Part shown: in pieces, positions 15,530 to 25,409 of the stretch | Layout of the letters: each line of letters begins with the position of its first letter | Numbering within the stretch: position 1 is the stretch's first letter | Assembly (NCBI GenBank): GCA_028686985.1 | Contig: JAQUBA010000002.1 | Span: 20,745 to 84,744 of the forward strand | Reading direction: 5' to 3' | Origin: Candidatus Iainarchaeum sp. | Lineage (GTDB): Archaea; Micrarchaeota; Micrarchaeia; Anstonellales; Bilamarchaeaceae | DNA: 64,000 bases | Position numbers and translations under genes: made by a program | Notes under the pieces: model-generated | What the model saw: only the letters and a program-made list of their open reading frames with translations | What the model was told of the DNA's origin: nothing | The model's database searches: none

Positions 15530-17896
15530 ATGCTCCAGAAATCATTTGACAACAAGCTAGAGGAGAAATGGCAGAAGCGCTGGCTGGACGAAAGCACATA
15601 TGCATTCCAGCCGGGCAGCGATGGGCCCCTCTACACGCTGGACACCCCGCCGCCCTTCACGAGCGGCGAGCTGCACATGGGCCATGTCCTTTCCTATGCA
15701 TATTTTGACTTCGTGGCCCGCTACAAGCGCATGAACGGGTACAACGTCTTCTACCCGCAGGGCTGGGACACGCAGGGCTTCCCCACCGAGACCAAGGTGG
15801 AGAAGAAGCACGGAAGGCTGCCGCCAGTGGAATTCCGGAAGAAATGCGTTGAATGGACAATTGACATGATTGCGAAGATGAAGGATTCCATGGTGAAGAT
15901 GGGCTATTCCCCGGACTGGAACTACCAGTACAGGACGATGGACCCGGAATACCACAGGAAGGTCCAGCTCTCCCTGGTGCAGATGTACGGCAAGAAGATG
16001 GTGTACAGGGCGAAGCACCCGGTCTATTGGTGCACCCGTTGCAGGAGCGCCCTTGCAAAGACGGATACCGAGGACGTGGAACGGAGCGCGCTCCTGAATT
16101 ATTTCATATTCACCGGGCCGGAGGGCGAGCCATTGGAGATAGCGACCACCCGGCCCGAGCTGATGCCCGCCTGCGTCGCCGTGATGTTCCATCCCGAAGA
16201 CGGCAGGTACAAGCACCTTGCGGGAAAAACGATAACCACCGCCCTGGGAAAGAAGGTGCCGGCAATCGCGGACAAGGACGTGCTCAAGGACTTCGGCACC
16301 GGATTGCTGATGGTCTGCACGTTCGGCGACAAGATGGACGTCATCTGGTCATACAGGCACAAGCTCCCGGCCATAGACTCCATCGCGCCCTGGGGCAAGA
16401 TGCAGAACACGGGAATCGTGGACAACATGACCGTGGAGGACGCTAAAAAAGCGATCATAGAGATGCTGAGGGAGAAAGGCAAGCTGGTGAAGCAGGAGCC
16501 GCTCCAGCAGACGGTGAAACTGCACGACCGGTGCAAGCACACGGTAGAGTTCCTCCCCTCCTTCCAGTGGTTCGCGGACATCACAAGGCATCGCGATGAA
16601 ATCAAGAAATTGGCTGAGAAGATAGAGTGGATTCCCGATTTCGGCATACATTACCTATATGATTGGGCGGACTCGGTGGAATGGGACTGGGTCATCTCCA
16701 GGCAGAGGGTCTTCGGCACGCCCCTCCCCTTCTACAACTGCGAAAAGTGCGGCGCCACCCTGCCATGCGGCGAGGACGAACTGCCCTTCTCCCCGGAACG
16801 CGCAAGGGAGCACAAATGCCCCTCCTGCGGGGAAAAGATGAAGCCGGAGACGGACGTCTGCGACTGCTGGGTGGATTCCTCCATTTCCCCGTTGGTAATC
16901 GCGGACTGGCCGGAGATGAAGAACCCGGGGCTGTACCCGTCCTCCCTCCGCCCGCAGGGCGTGGAAATAGTCCGCACCTGGGCATTCTATACAATCTACA
17001 GGAGCGGGCTCGCGCTCACCGGGAAGCCGCCCTGGAAAACCATCCTTTTGAACGGGAACGTCCTCGCCCCGGACGGGAAGAAGATGAGCAAGTCCCTGGG
17101 CAACGTAATCCAGCCCGCGGAGCTTTTGCGGGATTACCAGACGGACGCCCTGAGGCAGTGGGCGGCGATGAGCGGCGCCATGGCCAAGGACCGCCCCTTC
17201 TCGTTTGAGGACATAAAGTTCGCAAAGACCTTCCTGAACAAGTGGTGGAACGGCGCCCGTTTCATTGAAACCGGATTGCAGGGGTATGATGGCGGGAAGC
17301 CGAAGCACCTGAAAAAGACGGACAAGTGGATGCTGGAGCGCCTCGCCCTGGTTACGGAACAAGCAACCGCAGCGATGGAAAAATACGAATTCCACTCCGC
17401 AGTGAAGCTTTTGCAGAACTTCTTCTGGCATGATGTCTGCGATGATTACCTGGAATATGTGAAATACCGGATATACGGCGAGGATGCGGAGGACAAGAAG
17501 GCGGCGCAGCATGTATTGCATACAGTCCTCTATGATTTCACAAAGCTGATGGCGCCCTTCACCCCGCACATCTCCGAAGAGCTATACGTGGAAATGTTCG
17601 GCAGCAAGGAAGGGAAATCCGTGCATCTCGCCCCCTGGCCCAAGCCGGAGGAGCGCTTCCCCGGTGAAAACATGGAGGTGGAGCAGCTCCGCGTGCTCGT
17701 CTCCACCGTGCGGCAGCACAAGGCATCCAGCAAACTCTCCCAGGCGGCATGGCTTTCCAAGGTGAAAATCTCATTGCCCAAGCCCCTGCACAAGGAACTG
17801 CAGGAGGAACTGAAGAACATCTCCAGGATAAAGGAGCTGGAGATGGGCGAGGGCGAATTCGCGATGGATTTCTCCGAAGCCAGGCCGGTGCAGTGA
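15530..17896 (+). CDS. valS: Valine--tRNA ligase
   Basis: DTPPPFTSGELHMGH, ATTRPEL, DWVISRQR, KMSKS. Confidence 0.97.
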   Translation: MLQKSFDNKLEEKWQKRWLDESTYAFQPGSDGPLYTLDTPPPFTSGELHMGHVLSYAYFDFVARYKRMNGYNVFYPQGWDTQGFPTETKVEKKHGRLPPVEFRKKCVEWTIDMIAKMKDSMVKMGYSPDWNYQYRTMDPEYHRKVQLSLVQMYGKKMVYRAKHPVYWCTRCRSALAKTDTEDVERSALLNYFIFTGPEGEPLEIATTRPELMPACVAVMFHPEDGRYKHLAGKTITTALGKKVPAIADKDVLKDFGTGLLMVCTFGDKMDVIWSYRHKLPAIDSIAPWGKMQNTGIVDNMTVEDAKKAIIEMLREKGKLVKQEPLQQTVKLHDRCKHTVEFLPSFQWFADITRHRDEIKKLAEKIEWIPDFGIHYLYDWADSVEWDWVISRQRVFGTPLPFYNCEKCGATLPCGEDELPFSPERAREHKCPSCGEKMKPETDVCDCWVDSSISPLVIADWPEMKNPGLYPSSLRPQGVEIVRTWAFYTIYRSGLALTGKPPWKTILLNGNVLAPDGKKMSKSLGNVIQPAELLRDYQTDALRQWAAMSGAMAKDRPFSFEDIKFAKTFLNKWWNGARFIETGLQGYDGGKPKHLKKTDKWMLERLALVTEQATAAMEKYEFHSAVKLLQNFFWHDVCDDYLEYVKYRIYGEDAEDKKAAQHVLHTVLYDFTKLMAPFTPHISEELYVEMFGSKEGKSVHLAPWPKPEERFPGENMEVEQLRVLVSTVRQHKASSKLSQAAWLSKVKISLPKPLHKELQEELKNISRIKELEMGEGEFAMDFSEARPVQ

Positions 17897-17933
17897 GGGC
17901 AACTGCTAAAAATATTCCGGGGTAATCCGTATC

Positions 17934-19196
17934 GTGTTTGAACTGGAACAGAACAAAACCAATGTGAAGACCGAATTTATAGCGGCCCTCACCACATTTT
18001 TCACCCTCTCATACATTTTCGTGATAAACCCCCGCTTCCTTGCGGATGCCGGCATGGACTATGGCGCGGTTTTTGTGGCGACCGCAATCTCTGGGGGGAT
18101 AGCGACGCTGCTCATGGGCGTCCTTTTGAACAGGCCCTTTGCGCTGGTCGCGGGGATGGGCCTGAACAGCTACTTTTCCTACTCCATAGTGCGTACGATG
18201 GGCTTCAGGTGGGAGGCTGCGCTGGCGGCGGTTTTTGCCTCAAACATCCTGATCCTCATCATCGTGCTGCTGCGGATAAATTTTTCCAAGGCAATCCCCG
18301 AAAGCTTCAAGCACGCCCTCATCGCGGGGCTGGGCCTTTTCCTTGTTTTCATAGGGATGCAGAACGCCCATTTCGTCGTCATGAACCCAAACACCTTTGT
18401 TTCCATAGGCGACCTCACCCAGCCCGCCGCCCTGATTGCGGTGTTCGGCTTTTTCGTGACAAGTGCGCTCGTTGTGAAGAATGTGAAGGGAGGGATGTTC
18501 CTAGGAGTGGTTGCCACGACGCTGGTGGCGATGCTCGCCGGATTCGCCCCCCTCCCGGCCGGCATATTTGAGATGCCGCCGGACGTTTCCAGCGTCGCAT
18601 TCAGGATGGACCTCCAGGCGCTTTCCGACCCCGCGCTGTTCCCTGTGGTATGGTCCCTTTTCATAATAGTCCTTCTGGACCTGGTCGGCAGCATAACTGC
18701 GCTGAGCGTAAAGGCTGGAAAAAGCATGGAGGGGCTTGACAAGGCGATAGGGGTGAACGCGGTTGGCGGGGCGATAGGGGCTGGCCTGGGGACAAGCCCC
18801 ATGATAACTTATCTGGAAAGCGCGTCGGGAATAGAGGCGGGCGGGCGAACCGGCCTTACCGCGGTTTTCATCGCGCTGTTCTTTTTCATCTCCATATTCT
18901 TTTTCCCGGTGATAAGCGCCATCCCCATAGAGGCCGCGGCCCCGGTGATGATAATAGTGGGGGAAATGATGCTCCTCCAGATAAGGTTCATAGACCTGAA
19001 AGACCATACGGAGGCGATTCCGGCGCTGATGACGGTCGCAACAATCCCATTCACGTTCTCAATCTCAAACGGGATAGGCGTGGGCTCCATTGCATACATC
19101 TTCCTGAAGCTGGTTTCCAAAAAGCCGCAGGAAATACACCCCGCGATGTACCTGATTGCCCTGTTGTCCATCCTCGCATTCGCGAATGTCCTCTAG
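17934..19196 (+). CDS. NCS2/AzgA-family purine permease
   Basis: TEFIAALTTF, GMGLN, YLESASGIEAGGRTGLT, PFTFSISNG. Confidence 0.93.
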   Translation: MFELEQNKTNVKTEFIAALTTFFTLSYIFVINPRFLADAGMDYGAVFVATAISGGIATLLMGVLLNRPFALVAGMGLNSYFSYSIVRTMGFRWEAALAAVFASNILILIIVLLRINFSKAIPESFKHALIAGLGLFLVFIGMQNAHFVVMNPNTFVSIGDLTQPAALIAVFGFFVTSALVVKNVKGGMFLGVVATTLVAMLAGFAPLPAGIFEMPPDVSSVAFRMDLQALSDPALFPVVWSLFIIVLLDLVGSITALSVKAGKSMEGLDKAIGVNAVGGAIGAGLGTSPMITYLESASGIEAGGRTGLTAVFIALFFFISIFFFPVISAIPIEAAAPVMIIVGEMMLLQIRFIDLKDHTEAIPALMTVATIPFTFSISNGIGVGSIAYIFLKLVSKKPQEIHPAMYLIALLSILAFANVL

Positions 19197-19238
19197 CGGA
19201 GGCGCAGCTTTTTATTCTGTTTCCGTTTATAGCATATC

Positions 19239-19946
19239 ATGAGCAGGCACTCGCTGCGCCCCATGAGCACGGCCATGATGGCCAAGGCGGAGAGAGGCGC
19301 GAATAGGCTGAATTCCCTCCTTGAGAGGCATCTGGACCCCGAACAGCTCTGCGAAGCCCTCGGCGCCGTAAGGACCAGGGCGCTGATGCGCCTTTCCAGG
19401 AAGTTCTACAAATCCACAAGGGAGCTTCTTGAAAGGTTCGCCACAAGGTACGGGGACGACACAAGGAGGGCGCTCGCCCACGTCCTCTCCATCGCGGTGC
19501 AGAAAGAGGATTTCTCCATCAGCTACGATTCCTGGCTCCGCTCCCTTGGGATGCTCGCGGATGCGCTGCACGCAAAGGGCATGGATGCCGCCGGCTTCCT
19601 CAGGTTCTCCTTTTCCGACGTAGTGAAGGAATGCGGCACATGCGAAGAGCTGGACGCAGCGGCCAGGGTCGCCATTCAATATTCCGACAGGCTCGGCAAC
19701 CCCAATGGATTCTGCAAGGATGCGCTCTCCCGCATAGTCGCCCTGCACATGCCGGCTTCGGAATTCGTCAATTTCTGCGATGTGCTCATGGAAAGGCTGC
19801 AAACCGCAGGCCCGGACGCCGCGAGGAACGAACTGGTGCGGGCGGTTGCCAGGGAGCTGGAAATCTCCGGGGCAATGGCTCCGGAGAACGCGCGGAAGCT
19901 TATCGGGTTCCTCAGGGCTGGCCCTTCCCCGCCTTCTTCACCTTAA
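19239..19946 (+). CDS. Hypothetical all-helical protein
   Basis: 235-aa ORF with its own AT-rich promoter region; no recognisable motif. Confidence 0.6.
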   Translation: MSRHSLRPMSTAMMAKAERGANRLNSLLERHLDPEQLCEALGAVRTRALMRLSRKFYKSTRELLERFATRYGDDTRRALAHVLSIAVQKEDFSISYDSWLRSLGMLADALHAKGMDAAGFLRFSFSDVVKECGTCEELDAAARVAIQYSDRLGNPNGFCKDALSRIVALHMPASEFVNFCDVLMERLQTAGPDAARNELVRAVARELEISGAMAPENARKLIGFLRAGPSPPSSP

Positions 19947-20340
19947 CCTTTACTGCAACCCACGCAACCAGCGCGGCCACGCATGCCCCGAGAAGCGTAT
20001 TCAGGATTAGCGAAACCAAAATCACGAACGCGAGCGAATACATGTCCGGCACCCGGACCCCAAGCACGGGAACGCCCACCGCCCACCCGGCAAAAATCGC
20101 AAGGGAATAGACCATGTTCGCGGAAAGCGCTATCTCCGCCCCCGCGGCCGCCGCCCTCTTCAAATTCCCTGCAAACCCCAATGCGCAATAGATGATTACA
20201 AAGTACAGCAGGAGGGAGAAAAACAGGTTTTCCATTGCATAGGCCGCAAGCGGCGGGACGCTCCCGCCGAGTATCAGTGCGGATTCCACCAGTGCAATCC
20301 CGGCCGCAAGCAGCGCCGCCGTCTTCACCTTCATTTTCAT
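19912..20340 (-). CDS. Membrane protein (~4 TM)
   Basis: Hydrophobic ORF starting MKMKVK, coupled (TGATG) to upstream pilin-like gene. Confidence 0.7.
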   Translation of the reverse strand: MKMKVKTAALLAAGIALVESALILGGSVPPLAAYAMENLFFSLLLYFVIIYCALGFAGNLKRAAAAGAEIALSANMVYSLAIFAGWAVGVPVLGVRVPDMYSLAFVILVSLILNTLLGACVAALVAWVAVKVKVKKAGKGQP

Positions 20341-20861
20341 CAGTCCGTGGTCAGGACGCGAGCGGAAACCCTTCCGGAGACCGTGTGCGGATTGCCGGAT
20401 GTGCCGCACTCGGAATTCACTTCCCTTGCGCAGGAATAGTATGTGAGCGCGACATGCATCCTCTCAATATCATCCGGCGCAGGCTGCCTGTCCCCGGTGA
20501 ATGTGAACATGACCGTGGCGTTCTCCCCCTGCCCCAGCTCCGTGCCGACGCTCCCGGTCGTCCATGTGTACTCGCCCGCCCGCCCGAGGTCCGTAGTGGT
20601 GACCTTGACCTCGTCCAGAAGCATCGCGTATCCGAGCCGGTTCTGCACGCTCATCAGCAGCACGGTGCTGCTGCCCGAACGGTAAAGTTGGAAGGCGGTG
20701 CACGGTATGTCCGGCTGCATCACGCATTCCTCGCCCACGAAAGCCGAGGGATTGAAGATTCCTGTTGAAAGAAGTATTGCAATCACGACCACCAGGAGCA
20801 GCAGGGCCCACCCGTAGGTCACAAGGTATTCCGCAGCCGCCTGCCCTTTTTTGGAGCGCAT
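20340..20861 (-). CDS. Class III signal peptide (pilin-like) protein
   Basis: KKGQAAAEYLVTYGWALLLLVVV prepilin motif; paired Cys. Confidence 0.88.
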   Translation of the reverse strand: MRSKKGQAAAEYLVTYGWALLLLVVVIAILLSTGIFNPSAFVGEECVMQPDIPCTAFQLYRSGSSTVLLMSVQNRLGYAMLLDEVKVTTTDLGRAGEYTWTTGSVGTELGQGENATVMFTFTGDRQPAPDDIERMHVALTYYSCAREVNSECGTSGNPHTVSGRVSARVLTTD

Positions 20862-20923
20862 GCCCTTCCCTTCACATAAAAGCTTAAAAAAGGGTGAGGA
20901 TAAACTCCTTTGCGTGGTATTGG

Positions 20924-22603
20924 ATGGCAGAGAAAAAGCCACAGATAGCGGACGCGATGAGCTATTACCAGATTGCCAACGACTTTTTCGAGAAAGGCGA
21001 CTACGAAAAGGCGATTGAGAACTACAATATGGCGATACTGCTCAACCCCGTTTTTTCGGAGGCGTATTTCAACAGGGCGCTTTGCTACTACCAGCTTAAG
21101 AACTACGACAAGTCAATAGCGGACTACTCCAAGGCTGCGGAGCTGGACCCGAAGAACCCCAACATATACAATAACAAGGGCGACGCCTTTTACCGCAAGC
21201 AGGATTATGCGAGCGCGATAAAGGACTACGACAAGGCGGTCATGCTCAACCCGAATTACCTGAAGGCATTATACAACCGCGCCCTTTCCTACGCCTCCCT
21301 GGAGGACTACGACAAGGCGGTGGAGGACTTCACAAAAGTTGTCAGGCTCAAGCCGGATTTCGCGGAGGCATACCACCTCCGGGGCCTCGCATACGAGTAC
21401 GCGGGGGATTTGGACGGCGCCATAAAGGATTATGAAAAGGCATTGGAGCTGAACCCCGGGCTCTCGGAAGCCCGCTCGCACATGGAGGCCGCCAAGAGCA
21501 AGCAGAAGAGCGGCTCGGGCGGCGAAGGCGGAACCTCGGAAATCAAGGTGCTCAAGAAGCCCACCATGAACTTCAGCGACGTGGCGGGAATGGAGAAGAT
21601 GAAGGAAGAGATACGGGAGGATGTAATCTATCCCATGGCGAAGCCGGAGCTCGCGCGCAAGTACGGCAAGCTCGGCGGAGGAGGACTGATGATGTACGGC
21701 CCGCCCGGCTGCGGAAAGACGTTCATCGTGAAAGCCGCCGCGGGCGAGTGCGAGGCCTCCTTCATAAATGCAAAACTTTCCGACCTCCTGGACATGTACG
21801 TGGGCAACACCGAAAAGAACATCCACAAGGTCTTTGAAACCGCGCGCAAGAACACGCCATGCATACTATTCTTTGATGAAGTGGATGCAATCGGCGGCAG
21901 GAGGGACCAGCAGGAGGGCGCCCAGTACATGAAGATGGCGGTCAACCAGATGCTGTACGAGATGGACGGCATAGAGGCGGGGAACCAGAACGTGCTGGTC
22001 ATAGCCGCGACCAACGCGCCGTGGGACGTTGACCCCGCGCTGAGGAGGAGCGGCAGGTTCGGCAAGACGGTCTACGTGCCCGAGCCGGACATTGTTTCAA
22101 GGTACGCAATCATAAAGATGCACGCGAAGAAGCTGCCCCTGGCGAGCTTCATCCCGTACTGGCGGCTCGCGGTCGCCACCGCGGGCTACGCATCTTCCGA
22201 TTTGAAGGCCGTGGTTGAGGAGGCTGCCGCAATCCCGTGGAGGGAGGCGTTCAAGCACGGCAAGGAAAGGAGCATAACCGGCTCGGATTTCCTCGCCGCG
22301 GTCAGGAAGAAGAAGTCCTCGCTGCCCCCGTGGTACGAGCAGGCGAAGAAGCAGATAGGGAAGCAGGAGGAGCTCACGATAATAGACGGCAAGGAGCACA
22401 AGAAGGTCACCGAGAGCAAGATGGGGCCCGGGGAAAAGGAGGCGTTCAAGGACCTGCTCAAGCTCATAGACAAGAGGAACAAGTGGTACGAGAAGATGAT
22501 AAACGGCATCATGAGGGAGTTCGCGCTCTCGTTCCTGGGTGTGACCGCGGAGATGTTCCTCTCCCCGTTCGGCGTGATACTGGTCCGGAAGAAAAAGGGA
22601 TAA
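20924..22603 (+). CDS. TPR-repeat + single AAA ATPase with hydrophobic C-terminus
   Basis: Five canonical TPRs, GPPGCGKT, FFDEVD, ATNAPWDVDPALRRSGRF. Confidence 0.9.
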   Translation: MAEKKPQIADAMSYYQIANDFFEKGDYEKAIENYNMAILLNPVFSEAYFNRALCYYQLKNYDKSIADYSKAAELDPKNPNIYNNKGDAFYRKQDYASAIKDYDKAVMLNPNYLKALYNRALSYASLEDYDKAVEDFTKVVRLKPDFAEAYHLRGLAYEYAGDLDGAIKDYEKALELNPGLSEARSHMEAAKSKQKSGSGGEGGTSEIKVLKKPTMNFSDVAGMEKMKEEIREDVIYPMAKPELARKYGKLGGGGLMMYGPPGCGKTFIVKAAAGECEASFINAKLSDLLDMYVGNTEKNIHKVFETARKNTPCILFFDEVDAIGGRRDQQEGAQYMKMAVNQMLYEMDGIEAGNQNVLVIAATNAPWDVDPALRRSGRFGKTVYVPEPDIVSRYAIIKMHAKKLPLASFIPYWRLAVATAGYASSDLKAVVEEAAAIPWREAFKHGKERSITGSDFLAAVRKKKSSLPPWYEQAKKQIGKQEELTIIDGKEHKKVTESKMGPGEKEAFKDLLKLIDKRNKWYEKMINGIMREFALSFLGVTAEMFLSPFGVILVRKKKG

Positions 22604-22634
22604 CTTTTTATATTTCCGCGGCTCCACATAGCCG

Positions 22635-23852
22635 ATGCTCGTAAAGAACGCCAAATTCTTCCTTGACGGGAAAATGACGGAGAAGGACATCCTCATGGAG
22701 GGCGGGAGGATAAAATCCCTCGGCCATTTCCCCGGGAACGGCATGGACGCCTCCGGCTATCTCGTGCTTCCGGGCCTCATAGACGCCCACGTGCACCTGC
22801 GCGACCCGGGCGCCACGCAGAAGGAGGACTTCCGTTCCGGCACCAGGGCGGCAATCGCGGGCGGAATAACGACCGTGCTGGACATGCCCAACAACAACCC
22901 CCCCACCACCACGCTCGCGCGGCTGGAGGAGAAGCGCGCAATCGCATCCAGAAAGGCCGTGTGCGACTACGGCTTCCATTTCGGCGCGGGAACGAATAAT
23001 TTTGGCGAGATTGAAAGGGCGAGGCCCGGCTCCCTAAAGGTGTATATGGGAAAAACCACCGGCGACCTCTTCCTTCCGGACGACAGGCTCGTTTTCCTGC
23101 ACTTCCAGAATTTCCCAAAGAAAAAACCCATAGTCGTGCATGCCGAGGACCAAACCATAATAGACACCGAGGGACGCACCCCCCTCGCGGCGCGGGCCGC
23201 GGCGGCGAAGGCGGCGATGCTCGCGGAAAAGGCGGGCCGCACAATCTGCATCGCGCACGCCAGCACCGCGCGCGAAATGGAACTGGCGAAGAGATGGAAA
23301 AAATCCTTCGTGGAAACCTGCCCGCATTACCTTTTCTTGAACGAGGAAAAGGTCAAGCGCCTCGGAAATTTTTCCAGGGTGAATCCGCCGGTGCGCAGCG
23401 AGCGGGAGAGGAGAAAGATGTGGGCCGCGCTGGGCATGGTAGATTACGTTTCCACGGACCACGCCCCCCACCTTCCCGAGGAAAAGGAGAAGGGGGCCGC
23501 GGGCTTCCCGGGGCTTGAGACATCGCTAGCCCTGATGCTGGACGCATACAACAAAAGGCAAATCGGGATGGAATGGATACTCTCAAGGATGTGCGAAAAC
23601 CCGGCCCGCATATTCAACATAAAAGGCAAGGGGAAAATCGCGCCCGGCTTCCAGGCGGACCTTGTTTTCGTGGACCTGAGGAAGGAATGGAAGGTGCGCG
23701 CGGAAAGAATGCAGGGCAAGTGCGGCTGGACGCCCTACGAGGGGATGGCCCTTAAGGGAAAGGCAGAGAAGGTCATTTTCCGCGGCGAGCTTGTTTTTGA
23801 GGGGGATGCAATAACAGGAAAAAGCGGAATAGGAAAAGAAGTCATGGCATAA
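22635..23852 (+). CDS. pyrC: Dihydroorotase
   Basis: PGLIDAHVHLRDPG, DMPN, VNPP, TDHAPH. Confidence 0.92.
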   Translation: MLVKNAKFFLDGKMTEKDILMEGGRIKSLGHFPGNGMDASGYLVLPGLIDAHVHLRDPGATQKEDFRSGTRAAIAGGITTVLDMPNNNPPTTTLARLEEKRAIASRKAVCDYGFHFGAGTNNFGEIERARPGSLKVYMGKTTGDLFLPDDRLVFLHFQNFPKKKPIVVHAEDQTIIDTEGRTPLAARAAAAKAAMLAEKAGRTICIAHASTAREMELAKRWKKSFVETCPHYLFLNEEKVKRLGNFSRVNPPVRSERERRKMWAALGMVDYVSTDHAPHLPEEKEKGAAGFPGLETSLALMLDAYNKRQIGMEWILSRMCENPARIFNIKGKGKIAPGFQADLVFVDLRKEWKVRAERMQGKCGWTPYEGMALKGKAEKVIFRGELVFEGDAITGKSGIGKEVMA

Positions 23853-24282
23853 CCGCGGACGAGGACGCCACTTCCACGCCCACCATATCGCCCAGGTTGG
23901 TTATCTCAAGCCGGTACCTTCCGGGGCTCGTTATCGTCCTTCCGTCAGAAATCCTGAAGTCCGTGGGCTGCACCACGTCGCTGTCCCCGGACGGGAGCCC
24001 CGCGGTGAAGACGACCTCGTGCCCCTCTATGCTGACCCTCTTCACGTTGTTCGGCACGTATACCTCGGTTATTATGGATGAGCCCTCGCCCATGTAGCCG
24101 ATTGCGTTGATGAGGTACGCGACCCTCGCCGCGGAGAAGTGCGCCTGCAGCACGGAAAGGTCCGCGTTCGCGTCCCCCAGCTTCAGGTACATCACGGACA
24201 TCAGGGGTATGAACAGCAGTAGTATGAACCCTACGACAATAAGCAGTTCGTTGCTGACCTGCCCTTTCATTCCCATGCGCAT
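23842..24282 (-). CDS. Class III signal peptide (pilin-like) protein
   Basis: KGQVSNELLIVVGFILLLF. Confidence 0.8.
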   Translation of the reverse strand: MRMGMKGQVSNELLIVVGFILLLFIPLMSVMYLKLGDANADLSVLQAHFSAARVAYLINAIGYMGEGSSIITEVYVPNNVKRVSIEGHEVVFTAGLPSGDSDVVQPTDFRISDGRTITSPGRYRLEITNLGDMVGVEVASSSAVMP

Positions 24283-24287
24283 CCACC

Positions 24288-25361
24288 TTACCTGAAAGAC
24301 CTCTTCTTCATCTTCATGTATGCCTTCCTCTTCGTAAGAAGGCTTTTTATTTCTGCGGCTGTGCCGCTTATAGCGCTCCCGAGGTCGTAAGACTCCACCT
24401 TGAGCGGTATCGGCTGGTCCATCTCCACGTGGGTGTTCACCACATAAGTGGACTTCCCCCTCTTTATCCTGACGTTGATGCTGTCTATCTCAAAGGTGTC
24501 AAGGAAGTTGGCCACGGCCTTCCTAAGCTCGCTTATTATCAGGTCATAGTTCCCCATCTCATCCTCGGAAAGCCCGCTTATGAAGACGTCCGGCTTCTTG
24601 GAGTGCAGGCTCACCAGGAATTTCATAACGTCCCTGGCGGTCACCACGCCAACCGGCTTGTCGCCATCCATCACCGTGATTGCGGAAACGCTGTGCGCCG
24701 CCATCTTCTTCGCGGCCTCGTGCAGCGTGCCGCCCATAGATACGCTGACGAACTTGTCGCGCATCATCTGGCGCACCGGCTTGCCGTCCACGGCGTTGAC
24801 CTCGGTTATGAACATGAAATCCCTGCCCTTCGGTTCCAGCAAGGCGCGCGAGATGTCCATCGTGGAAACCGTCCCCACGATTTTCCTGCCTTCGGTGATT
24901 GCGAGCCTGTGCACGCCCATGCTCTTCATCACCCTCCTGGCTACCGCGACGCTCTCGTTCGCGTCCACGCTGTATATCGGGGAGTTCATCAGCGCATCCA
25001 CACTCATCTTGGGTATCGCCCTTTCCCTTATCAGCATCTCCAGCAGCTTCGCCCTGCTGACCGCGCCCAGGATTGCGCCGGCCCTCACGACCGGCAGCGC
25101 CTTGAAATGGCCCGCAAGGAACCTGTCCATCATCTCCATCGTGCCCATCTCCTCGCTCAGGGGGGGAGCGCGCACCGCCATGTTGATGCATTTCGCCTTG
25201 CTGGAGTCATGTATGCCGCCCCTCATCTGGCGGTCGTCTATTATGCCGTAATATTTGCCCCCCTTCGTAACCACCGCAATCGTGCCTCCGGTCACTACCT
25301 CGCTGAGTGCCTTTGAAAGTGGTTCCTCCCCGTCAAAAATAGCCGCCCTCTCGTAGTCCAT
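24288..25361 (-). CDS. Four-CBS-domain protein with C-terminal HPF/RaiA-like domain (candidate ribosome hibernation factor)
   Basis: Two CBS pairs then beta-alpha-beta-beta-beta-alpha domain ending ESYDLGSAI..EIKSLL; start at MDYER. Confidence 0.75.
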   Translation of the reverse strand: MDYERAAIFDGEEPLSKALSEVVTGGTIAVVTKGGKYYGIIDDRQMRGGIHDSSKAKCINMAVRAPPLSEEMGTMEMMDRFLAGHFKALPVVRAGAILGAVSRAKLLEMLIRERAIPKMSVDALMNSPIYSVDANESVAVARRVMKSMGVHRLAITEGRKIVGTVSTMDISRALLEPKGRDFMFITEVNAVDGKPVRQMMRDKFVSVSMGGTLHEAAKKMAAHSVSAITVMDGDKPVGVVTARDVMKFLVSLHSKKPDVFISGLSEDEMGNYDLIISELRKAVANFLDTFEIDSINVRIKRGKSTYVVNTHVEMDQPIPLKVESYDLGSAISGTAAEIKSLLTKRKAYMKMKKRSFR

Positions 25362-25409
25362 GCAAACACCGAAAGGGATATAATAATGAAAGATTTTAAT
25401 AAGCGCAGT

